A DNA stretch of 32,000 bases from positions 960,001 through 992,000 of the forward strand of contig NZ_LN831024.1 in the NCBI RefSeq assembly GCF_001457615.1, given 5' to 3'. This document shows positions 9,806-16,926 of this stretch, one piece after another (the first letter of the stretch is position 1; every line of letters starts with the position of its first letter). The DNA is from Pseudomonas aeruginosa (GTDB taxonomy: Bacteria; Pseudomonadota; Gammaproteobacteria; Pseudomonadales; Pseudomonadaceae). Both the position numbers and the translations under genes were made by a program. The notes beneath the pieces are model-generated. The model searched no databases and was not told the origin of the DNA. It worked only from the letters and a program-made list of their open reading frames with translations.

Positions 9806-10728
9806 GCGGGGGTTTCTCGGGTCAGTTGGCGGAACACTTCTTCCAGTTGGCCGTGTTCGGTACGCACCCCGGATACCCGCCAGCCGCTGCCGTGGATCAG
9901 GCGGTTGAGCGCGGGAAGGATCTGCGCGCCGGGGCGGGCCAGGATGGTCAGGGTGCCGGCCCGGTCGGGGCATCCTTCTATACCGGCGACGCCGGGGAGC
10001 ATGGCGATGGCCAGCGGGTCTACCGGTGCTTCGATGCTGAGGCTGACGGCATGGTGGTAGCGGCTGCGGGTCCTGAGTTCGCCCGGGGTGTTGTCGGCCA
10101 GCAAGCGGCCGCCGTTGATCACCAGGGCGCGGCTGCACATGAACGAGACTTCCTCGAGGATGTGCGTGGAAATCACCACGATCTTGCTTTCCGAGAGGTT
10201 CTTCACCAGTTGCCGGACCTGGTGCTTCTGGTTCGGGTCGAGGCCGTCGGTGGGCTCGTCGAGCAGGAGCAGCTCGGGATCGTGGAGGATCGCCTGGGCC
10301 AGCGCGACGCGACGCTTGAAGCCCTTGGACAGGGTTTCGATGATGCTCCTGCGCTCATCCCGCAGCTCCATGCAGTCCATGGCGCTGTCGATGCGCCGAC
10401 GTTTTTCCCGTCCGCTGTAGTCGCGGATGGACGCGACGAAGGCGAGAAAGCCCTCGACCGTCATTTCTCCGTAGCTGGGAGCGTTCTCCGGCAGGTAGCC
10501 GATCAGCTTCTGCGCCTGGCGCGCCTTGTCCTGCATGTCGAAGCCGAAGATGCGTATGCTGCCGGCGCTCGGCGCGAGGAAGCCGGAAAGCATCTTCAGG
10601 GTGGTCGACTTGCCCGCTCCGTTTGGGCCGAGGAGACCGACGATCTCTCCCCGGTCGATGCGGAAGCTCAAGTCGTTTACCACCGTCCGGCCGGAAAAGC
10701 GTTTGCTCAGTCTGTCTATGTCGATCAT
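9802..10728 (-). CDS. ABC transporter ATP-binding protein (GldA-like), 308 aa
   Basis: Walker A GPNGAGKST, signature LSKGFKRRV, Walker B LLLLDEPTDGLD. First gene of the 4-gene operon. Confidence 0.92.
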   Translation of the reverse strand: MIDIDRLSKRFSGRTVVNDLSFRIDRGEIVGLLGPNGAGKSTTLKMLSGFLAPSAGSIRIFGFDMQDKARQAQKLIGYLPENAPSYGEMTVEGFLAFVASIRDYSGREKRRRIDSAMDCMELRDERRSIIETLSKGFKRRVALAQAILHDPELLLLDEPTDGLDPNQKHQVRQLVKNLSESKIVVISTHILEEVSFMCSRALVINGGRLLADNTPGELRTRSRYHHAVSLSIEAPVDPLAIAMLPGVAGIEGCPDRAGTLTILARPGAQILPALNRLIHGSGWRVSGVRTEHGQLEEVFRQLTRETPA

Positions 10729-11132
10729 GGTTTCACTGGAAGTTGAGCCGTTTGCTGTTATGCGTAGGGGATCGCATGAGCGCGGTAGATTACCGGGAGT
10801 TATTGGCTGGTTTTTCCAGTGGGCTCTTTTTGAGATTAGTTACTTATATTGTTGGGAAACTTCCTACGAACTATCGTTAAAAGATGGAAGTTATTGAGAC
10901 TTCCAGGGCAGCCCTGTAGCTGGCGCAGCGCCTTGGTTCCGCTGTGGGAACGCGGCCATGTCGCGCTCGCTGGTGCCTATGTTGGGGACGAGTCGATTCC
11001 CCCTGCGGAGTTTCACGAGGGAAGGCAGTTGCCGTTTCGACAGACGGGAAGCGGAATAGCCCGGCCGCCTGGATCTTCCGAACTTCGAGACCAATGCAAG
11101 TTGGAGGAAGACCCGACTTCCGCCAGTAGCGG

Positions 11133-13433
11133 TTATTCCTCGCCTTTCAGCAGCGGAAGGCGAATCTCGAAAGTGGTGCCCTGGCCAACCTGGCTCTGGC
11201 AACCGATCCTGCCGCCGTGCCGGTCGATCACCGTCTTGACCATGGCCAGCCCCAGGCCCAGGCCGGCGCTGCCCTCGGCGGAAGCGAAGCGCTGGTACTG
11301 GCTGAACAGGCGCGGTAGTTCGGCGGCCGCGATACCTTTGCCCTGATCGACGATCCGGCAGCTCAGCCAGTCGCCTTCGAGGCGGATGCTCAGGCTGACG
11401 ACGGTCCCCGCCGGGCTGTACTTGACCGCATTCTCCAGCAGGTTGAACAGCGCGCGCGTGAGCAGGCCGGGGTCGGCCCAGACCATCGGTTCCTGCTCGT
11501 CGTCCCAGTCGCGCCGCAGGTCGATGTCTTTCTGTTGCGCGAGGGGCCAGAGCTGGTCGGCGGCGTCCATCGCCAACATGGTGAACATGCACGCTTCGAA
11601 GCGGTAGGCGTCGGACTCGGCCTTGGCCAGTTGCACGAAGGCGTCGGTCAGGCCCAGGGCGCGACGGACCTGCTGCTCTATCTGTCGGTAGACCTGCTGG
11701 CCGGCTTCGTCCTCGGCGGGGCGGACGTCGAGCAGGGCGAGGATCGCCGAGTGCGGCGCGCGCAGGTCATGGGAGAGGAAGCGCAGGAGGGTGGCTCGCT
11801 GGCGCTCGGCATCGCGTTCGGCGCTCAGGTCGATCAGGCTCACCAGCCAGCCGATGGCGGTTTCGCTTTCGACCGGCAGCAGGCGCGCCAGGTCGAGGCG
11901 CAGGTCGCGTTCCCGGTGGTCGCGGAACTCGATGGCTTCCAGGGTTTCCAGCGTTGGGCGGGCGCCGCCGGCGAGGCTCGGATGGCCGAGTTCGGCCAGG
12001 CACTGGCGCAGTTCGGCGCCGCGCAGCTCGCCGCCGAACAGGTCGCGTGCCTTGCGGTTGGCCAGCAGGATCTGCCCCTGCGGGTCGCAGATCAGGGTCG
12101 CCACCGGCAGGCCTTCCAGGCCGTCGGCCATGAACCGCCGGCTGTCGCGGGTGCGGCTGACCGCCTGCTCCAGGGCGGCGATGCGGTTCTGCAATGGATC
12201 GTTGCCGGCGCGCGGGGGGCTGGCCCGCTCGGGCAGCACCTTGGGCTCGCGGTCGAGACGCGCCAGTTCCCAGCCAAAGTAGGCGAGCACCGCGTTCAGC
12301 CGGCGCCAGCTCCAGATCAGGTAGGCCAGCAGCAGGCCGACCAGGCTGGCCAGCGGCGACCACCACCAGCCGTTGAGCAGCAGCGCCCAGGAAAGACCCA
12401 GGGCCAGGACCGCGCAGGCCAGGGTGAGGAGCAAGGCGTGGCGCGAGCGGAACAGCATCAGGCCGAGCAGCAGCGCTACGCTGGCGGCGGAGAGCAGGGC
12501 GGCGAGCCAGGGTTGCAGGTCGACGGCGGTGCGCTGCTGCAACAGCCCGTTGAGGATGTTGGCCTGGATCTCCACCCCCGGCGTGGTGCCGAGGCTGGCC
12601 GACAGCGGGGTGACATAGCGGTCGCCGAGGCCCGGCGCGGTGGCGCCGACCAGGACCAGGCGGTCGCGCAGCAGGCTGTCTGGCACCTCGCCGCGCAACA
12701 CGCTGACGTAGGGCACGCTGGGGAAGCCCGCGTCGGCACCGATGAAGGGAATGCGGATGGCGTGGTCACGCTGCCAGCCGGGCAGGTTGCGCATGTCGTC
12801 GAGGCCGGGCATGGGCATGGCGCCGGCATCGGCGAATGCTTGCCAGGCGAGCAGCGGGCGCGGCTGGCCGAGCGGTCCTTCGCGCAGGTAGACGCTGCGC
12901 ACCGTGCCGTCGCTGTCCGCTTCGACGTTGATATGCCCGATGCCGGCGGCGCAGCCGGCCAGCGGCGCGGTCGGCGGTATCTCCCGTGGCGGTTCGCCGT
13001 AGCGCGGCACGCTTTCGCGCAGCAGTGGCAGGAGGACGTTGCCGGCCCGGCACAGCGATCTTGCCAACTGGCGGTCGCTGTCCGGATTGGAGGAGGGTTC
13101 GCTGAAGATCACGTCGAGCAGTACGCTGCGTGCGCCGGCGGCGGCCAGGCGATCCAGCAGCTCGGCGTGGATGCTGCGCGGCCAGGGCCAGCGACCGAGG
13201 CTTTCCAGGCTACGGTCGTCGATGGCGACGACGAGGATGCGCGGATCGACGGCCAGCGGGGTGAGGTTGCGCAGGCGGTCGTAGAGCAGGTTGTTCAGCG
13301 GCAGGCCGCTGCTCAGCGAAAGCAGGGCGGTGAGCGGAAGGAGCAGCAGGCTGACCAGCAGCCATTCGCGCACCAGGCCGCGGAACAGCCGCTGCGCCTG
13401 GCTGGGCTCGTCCTGGCGGTCGAGCGCCTTCAT
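11133..13433 (-). CDS. Sensor histidine kinase with periplasmic CHASE2 domain, TM bundle, PAS-like linker, HisKA and HATPase_c; 766 aa, no receiver domain
   Basis: N-terminal CHASE2-like VVAIDDRSLESLGRWPWPRSIHAELLDRL. Three or four TM helices around aa 310-380. H-box FLSHDLRAPHSAI, N-box LFNLLENAVKYS, G-box GLGLGLAMV. Confidence 0.9.
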   Translation of the reverse strand: MKALDRQDEPSQAQRLFRGLVREWLLVSLLLLPLTALLSLSSGLPLNNLLYDRLRNLTPLAVDPRILVVAIDDRSLESLGRWPWPRSIHAELLDRLAAAGARSVLLDVIFSEPSSNPDSDRQLARSLCRAGNVLLPLLRESVPRYGEPPREIPPTAPLAGCAAGIGHINVEADSDGTVRSVYLREGPLGQPRPLLAWQAFADAGAMPMPGLDDMRNLPGWQRDHAIRIPFIGADAGFPSVPYVSVLRGEVPDSLLRDRLVLVGATAPGLGDRYVTPLSASLGTTPGVEIQANILNGLLQQRTAVDLQPWLAALLSAASVALLLGLMLFRSRHALLLTLACAVLALGLSWALLLNGWWWSPLASLVGLLLAYLIWSWRRLNAVLAYFGWELARLDREPKVLPERASPPRAGNDPLQNRIAALEQAVSRTRDSRRFMADGLEGLPVATLICDPQGQILLANRKARDLFGGELRGAELRQCLAELGHPSLAGGARPTLETLEAIEFRDHRERDLRLDLARLLPVESETAIGWLVSLIDLSAERDAERQRATLLRFLSHDLRAPHSAILALLDVRPAEDEAGQQVYRQIEQQVRRALGLTDAFVQLAKAESDAYRFEACMFTMLAMDAADQLWPLAQQKDIDLRRDWDDEQEPMVWADPGLLTRALFNLLENAVKYSPAGTVVSLSIRLEGDWLSCRIVDQGKGIAAAELPRLFSQYQRFASAEGSAGLGLGLAMVKTVIDRHGGRIGCQSQVGQGTTFEIRLPLLKGEE

Positions 13434-13451
13434 CGGCGAGGCCCCGGCGCC

Positions 13452-14462
13452 CTATCGGGCACTGCCGCCTCGCGGGTAGTAGAGAATGTCGTAGACGCTG
13501 GTCTCGCCCTCCAGGCCGTCGTTGTCGAAGGCCGAGAGACGGACGTGGTAGAAGGCCGCCTTGAGTCCGCTGAAACTGACTTCCGGGGTGCTCGAGAAAC
13601 GCTCCTGCTGGATGCGCAGGAAGTCCGGATCGCTGGCTACCTGGGCACGGTAGCGCTTGGCGCCGTGCAGCGGGGCAAGATAGAGCTTCCAAACCGGCGA
13701 CTCGCCGTGCTCGCCGCCCTGGCCGCGCAATTGCGGGGCGGGTAGCAGGTCCACCGGCGTCAGCTTGCCCTGCGGCTTGACCTTCAGGCCGCGGCGGGCG
13801 TCGACCAGCACGTCCTCGTCCGGCTCGGCCTGCGCCGCCTTGCGGGCCGGGCGCCTGCCGTTGAGCGGCAGGTCGTCGCTGGTCAGCTCGCGGTTCACCG
13901 CGACGCGCCCGTCGAGCACTTCGGTCAGCGCCTGGCCGTCTTCGGTGCGGGCGCGGAAGTGGGTACCGCGCACGCCCAGTACGCCGACCGGGGTCAGCAC
14001 CTGGAAGCGGTCGTGATCGCTCTTTCTCTTCAGGACATAGGACTCGACCTGCCCCGCGCGCAGGGCGATCTGCGGAATGCCGGTGTCCTCGTCGAGGTGC
14101 AGGGTGACTTCCGAACTGGAGGGCAGGACGATGCGGCTGCCGTCGCCGAGCAGCAGGCTGACGAAGGCGGTCGGAGAGGTCTTGACGCCTTCCAGTTCGT
14201 CGATGTCCATGCCTTCTTCCAGGGGCGTCTGGTTGCCCTTGGCGTCGAGCTTCCAGGCGTCGCCGGCGAGATAGAGCACGCTGGCGGGGAGCGGCTGGGG
14301 CAGGCACGTTTCGCCCTGCTCGATGAACGGCGGCCGTTTCGTCTTGGCCGGCGCGGCCGCGACGGAGCCGGCGAGCAGCGTCAACAGTCCGCCCAGCGCC
14401 AGGGCGGCGCAAGCAGGAAAGAGGGATCGGGAAGTAAGGGCGAGGGCTGTCATAGGCTTCAC
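13452..14462 (-). CDS. Secreted FecR-domain protein, 336 aa, co-operonic with the CHASE2 kinase
   Basis: Signal peptide ...LLTLLAGSVAAAP. FecR-like beta-rich core FQVLTPVGVLGVRGTHFRARTEDGQALTEVLDGRVAV. There are 18 nt between its stop and the kinase ATG. The start is GTG 14462 or ATG 14453 (uncertain, no clear SD). Confidence 0.8.
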   Translation of the reverse strand: MKPMTALALTSRSLFPACAALALGGLLTLLAGSVAAAPAKTKRPPFIEQGETCLPQPLPASVLYLAGDAWKLDAKGNQTPLEEGMDIDELEGVKTSPTAFVSLLLGDGSRIVLPSSSEVTLHLDEDTGIPQIALRAGQVESYVLKRKSDHDRFQVLTPVGVLGVRGTHFRARTEDGQALTEVLDGRVAVNRELTSDDLPLNGRRPARKAAQAEPDEDVLVDARRGLKVKPQGKLTPVDLLPAPQLRGQGGEHGESPVWKLYLAPLHGAKRYRAQVASDPDFLRIQQERFSSTPEVSFSGLKAAFYHVRLSAFDNDGLEGETSVYDILYYPRGGSAR

Positions 14463-14550
14463 TGGGCGGCGGGTCAGGTATCGCTGGCGGTCCGGTCAGG
14501 CTGCAATCTGCCTGATCGGGCGCCGGTTTCGCAATCCTTGCAACGACATC

Positions 14551-14612
14551 GGGAGCCCGCAGGCTCCCTTGTCGTTTCCTCGGCCGCAGCGCCTGGCGGT
14601 TGGGCCAGGCGC
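14551..14612. terminator. Two GC-rich hairpins immediately downstream of aqpZ; possible terminator or insulator ahead of the FecR-like/CHASE2 operon promoter region
   Basis: GCGCCTGGC-ggttgg-GCCAGGCGC (14589-14612, perfect 9 bp, 6 nt after the aqpZ stop). GGGAGCC-cgca-GGCTCCC (14551-14568, perfect 7 bp). Neither has a clean U-tract on the minus strand. Confidence 0.4.
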
Positions 14613-14618
14613 TTCGGT

Positions 14619-15308
14619 TCAGTCGTTCTTGTCGCCGATCAGGCGATAGGCCAGGGCGCCGAGTACCGCACCGAGAATCGGCGCGACCCAGAACAGCCAC
14701 AGCTGGGAAACCGCCCAGTCGCCGACGTACAGGGCGACCGCGGTGCTGCGCGCCGGGTTCACCGAGGTGTTGGTGACCGGGATGCTGATCAGGTGGATCA
14801 GGGTCAGGGTCAGGCCGATGGCGATCGGCGCGAAGCCCTGCGGCGCGCGCTTGGAGGTGGCGCCGAGGATGATCAGCAGGAACATGCCGGTAAGTACCAC
14901 TTCGCTGACCAGCGCGGCTTGCAACGAGTAGCCGCCCGGCGAGTGTTCGCCGTAGCCGTTGGAGGCGAAGCCGGCGGCCAGGTCGAAGCCGGCCTTGCCG
15001 CTGGCGATCAGGTACAGCACGCCGCCGGCGGCGAGGCCACCGAGGACCTGGGCGACGACATAGGGCAGCAGTTGGCTGGCCGGGAAGCGCCCGCCGACCC
15101 ACAGGCCTACCGATACCGCGGGGTTCAGGTGTGCGCCGGAGATCGGGCCGATGGCATAGGCCATGGTCAGCACGCTGAGGCCGAACGCCAGGGCCACGCC
15201 GAGGTAGCCGATTCCCAGTTCCGGTACGCCGGCAGCGAGTACTGCGCTGCCGCAGCCGCCCAATACCAGCCAGAAGGTGCCGAAGAACTCTGCTCCGTAT
15301 TGCTTCAT
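14619..15308 (-). CDS. aqpZ: Aquaporin Z water channel, 229 aa
   Basis: [20 protein letters not shown]. Two NPA boxes (GAHLNPAVS and SVNPARS). The ORF-track extension to 15545 is non-coding upstream sequence. Confidence 0.95.
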   Translation of the reverse strand: MKQYGAEFFGTFWLVLGGCGSAVLAAGVPELGIGYLGVALAFGLSVLTMAYAIGPISGAHLNPAVSVGLWVGGRFPASQLLPYVVAQVLGGLAAGGVLYLIASGKAGFDLAAGFASNGYGEHSPGGYSLQAALVSEVVLTGMFLLIILGATSKRAPQGFAPIAIGLTLTLIHLISIPVTNTSVNPARSTAVALYVGDWAVSQLWLFWVAPILGAVLGALAYRLIGDKND

Positions 15309-15396
15309 GATGAGGTCCTTTTCAGATCCAGGGTGGGACGCGGATCGAGGCGTCCGGATAGCGGGAGGGGATGATTCGAACAAGGAAGGGGAGATG

Positions 15397-15538
15397 ACAC
15401 ATCCGTGTGTCGAAGCCAGCCCTGGGGGGATTGGCTCGGTTGCCTGGGGCGATCGTCCGTCACCGACCCCTGACTGTGGTTCGAGTGGTCTCGTTCCACG
15501 GCCCGCCGGAGCGGGTTTACACATCCCTGTGTCGGAGC
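15397..15538. repeat. Twin 20-bp direct repeat upstream of aqpZ, each copy containing an ACACA-N4-TGTGT palindrome
   Basis: ACACATCCGTGTGTCGAAGC (15397-15416) and ACACATCCCTGTGTCGGAGC (15519-15538), 18/20 identical and 122 bp apart. Copy 2 runs into the perfect hairpin GGAGCAA-tccat-TTGCTCC (15534-15552). Confidence 0.6.
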
Positions 15539-15585
15539 AATCCATTTGCTCCTTGGCCTACTCAGCGGTTGGAAATCTACCAAGC

Positions 15586-15650
15586 GCGATTTGTCTGCTG
15601 TGAGATTTGCCATATTTCTTCAGATTCTTCCGCGCTATTTCAGATTCGTC
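15586..15650. promoter_or_regulatory. Array of four AGATT-core 10-mers just downstream of the mucE stop, far upstream of aqpZ
   Basis: GCGATTTGTC (15586), GAGATTTGCC (15602), CAGATTCTTC (15621) and CAGATTCGTC (15641). GATT cores are spaced 16, 19 and 20 bp. AT-rich island in GC-rich DNA. Confidence 0.4.
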
Positions 15651-15654
15651 GCGT

Positions 15655-15924
15655 TCAAAACACCCAGCGCAACTCGTCACGCACGCTGACGGCGCCGGAC
15701 AGGCCGACGTTCCACATCTCGGCCCTGGCGCGGGCCGGGCCGTCGAGGCCGAGCGGAGTGGCGAAGGACGGGCTGGCGGTGCCCTGGCTGAACGATGGGG
15801 CCTGGACCGGGCCGGCCGGATGGCTTACCGATTCCAGGCCGAGGACCAGGGCAAGGCAGGAAAACTTGCCGAGGGCCTGCAGGTTGATGTCACGCAAACG
15901 TTGGCTAACTGGCCGGAAACCCAT
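15655..15924 (-). CDS. mucE: MucE, small envelope protein whose C-terminal WVF activates the AlgW protease (alginate/AlgU pathway), 89 aa
   Basis: MGFRPVSQRLRDINLQALGKFSCLALVLGL...SVRDELRWVF. Size, signal-like N-terminus and terminal WVF match MucE (PA4033) as I recall it. Located between aqpZ and the response regulator. Confidence 0.85.
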   Translation of the reverse strand: MGFRPVSQRLRDINLQALGKFSCLALVLGLESVSHPAGPVQAPSFSQGTASPSFATPLGLDGPARARAEMWNVGLSGAVSVRDELRWVF

Positions 15925-16012
15925 GGCTACGACTCCTTGATAGGTCAGGCTGGCGCTGGCTCACGGGCTCTTCGTCCCGCTTAATGGCTATTTGGAATCA
16001 GGCTATCAAGGG

Positions 16013-16072
16013 CTGGTCGCGACCAGAGAGATTCGTCACAATTCTTCAGATTTGTACGTAATTCGCCGTTCC
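16013..16072. promoter_or_regulatory. mucE / response-regulator divergent control region: 14-bp perfect palindrome, AGATT-core motifs and an AlgU(sigma-E)-like promoter on the minus strand
   Basis: CTGGTCGCGACCAG (16013-16026). GAGATTCGTC (16028), CAGATTTGTA (16047), GTAATTCGCC (16058). The minus strand reads GGAACGG (16072-16066)-N15-TCTGA (16050-16046), versus the consensus GAACTT-N16/17-TCTGA as I recall it. Confidence 0.4.
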
Positions 16073-16118
16073 TGGAGCGAAAAAGGGGCGTTAGCCCGAT
16101 TGAACAGGACCAGCTTTT

Positions 16119-16835
16119 ATGCGTGTCGCGATACTGGACGACGAGTCGGCCGAACTGGACCGGGTCGAGCAGACCTTGCAGCAGATACCCGCGCAGGGCG
16201 AACAGGCCTGGACGGTGCACCGTTTCGCCCGTGGCGAGGACCTGCTCAAGCAGCTCAAGCGGGAAACCTTCGACCTGCTGATCCTCGACTGGCAGTTGCC
16301 GGACCTCAGCGGCCTGCAATTGCTGCGCTGGAGCCGCGAGCATCTGGATGCGCCGCCGCCGGCGATCATGCTGACCAGCCGTGACGCCGAACAGGACATC
16401 GTGCAAGCGTTGAACAGCGGCGCCGACGACTATGTCAGCAAGCCGTTCCGACCCAACGAACTGAAGGCGCGGGTAGCCGCCGTGCTGCGTCGCCACGGGG
16501 GAACGCGTCCCGCGCAGCATGAGGTGCAGACTTTCAACGACCTCAGCTTCGACGATGCCGAGCTGACCGTGACCCGGGCCGGCGCGCCGATCAGCCTGAC
16601 CGAACGCGAATACCGCCTGGCCCGCTGCCTGTTCGCCAACCTGGGACGGCCGTTGTCGCGGGAATATCTCTACGAGCGCTTCTGGCCCCACGAGGAAGTG
16701 TTGTCCTCGCGGCCGCTGGATACCCACATCTATCGCCTGCGCAACAAGCTTGGCCTGACCGCCGAGCGCGGTTGGCAGTTGCTGACCATCTACGGCTACG
16801 GATATCGGTTGGAGAGCGTGGCGACGGTCGACTGA
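16119..16835 (+). CDS. OmpR/PhoB-family response regulator, 238 aa
   Basis: Receiver: ILDDE acidic pocket, phospho-acceptor context DLLILDWQLPD, conserved K in YVSKPF. Winged-helix output: LTEREYRLARCLFANLGRPLSREYLYERFW...LDTHIYRLRNKL...GYGYRL. Confidence 0.92.
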   Translation: MRVAILDDESAELDRVEQTLQQIPAQGEQAWTVHRFARGEDLLKQLKRETFDLLILDWQLPDLSGLQLLRWSREHLDAPPPAIMLTSRDAEQDIVQALNSGADDYVSKPFRPNELKARVAAVLRRHGGTRPAQHEVQTFNDLSFDDAELTVTRAGAPISLTEREYRLARCLFANLGRPLSREYLYERFWPHEEVLSSRPLDTHIYRLRNKLGLTAERGWQLLTIYGYGYRLESVATVD

Positions 16836-16883
16836 GCGGAGCGGGGTGGCGAGACCGACCTTGGCGGTCGGCGAGGGAGAATG

Positions 16884-16912
16884 AAAAAGCCCCGCGGCTG
16901 CGGGGCTTCTTT
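16884..16912. terminator. Bidirectional rho-independent terminator between the regulator gene and ppa
   Basis: AAAAAGCCCCGC-ggct-GCGGGGCTTCTTTT. Perfect 9-bp GC-rich stem (16887-16908) flanked by an A-run and a T-run. Confidence 0.85.
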
Positions 16913-16926
16913 TCGGCGAGGCGCGC

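Noticed and set aside
7727-10060. 777-aa plus-strand ORF
   Set aside because: Antisense shadow of the GldG-like, permease and ATPase genes. Low-complexity Q/G/A/R-rich translation with no motifs.
10971-10985. TGGTGC-CTATG-TTGG, a sigma-54-like string on the plus strand
   Set aside because: The -12 element is TTGG rather than TTGC, and it points into the 3' end of the kinase gene in antisense with no downstream plus-strand gene.
10944-11129. 61-aa plus-strand ORF, and a 22-aa minus-strand ORF (MAAFPQRNQGAAPATGLPWKSQ), in the long intergenic region
   Set aside because: No ribosome-binding site, atypical composition, and nothing distinguishes them from random ORFs in GC-rich DNA. I cannot support them as genes.
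11535-13745. 736-aa plus-strand ORF
   Set aside because: Antisense to the CHASE2 kinase, whose H, N and G boxes are clear on the minus strand. Shadow ORF.
15309-15545. N-terminal extension of aqpZ in the ORF track, and similar extensions of ppa to 17736, ispA to 4755, xseB to 4856, the permease to 10138, the GNAT to 22205, eutC to 23150, eatR from 27962 and the kinase-like gene from 19139
   Set aside because: The extensions are Pro/Arg/Ser-rich and unlike the families' conserved N-termini. They often overlap neighbouring genes. Internal ATG codons give canonical protein lengths and N-terminal sequences.
15407-15984. 177-aa and 125-aa plus-strand ORFs over the mucE region
   Set aside because: Antisense or out of frame to mucE and extending through non-coding repeat DNA. 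No motifs. mucE on the minus strand has the diagnostic WVF terminus.
15981-16727. 248-aa minus-strand ORF
   Set aside because: Antisense to the OmpR-type regulator, whose receiver and winged-helix motifs are clear on the plus strand.
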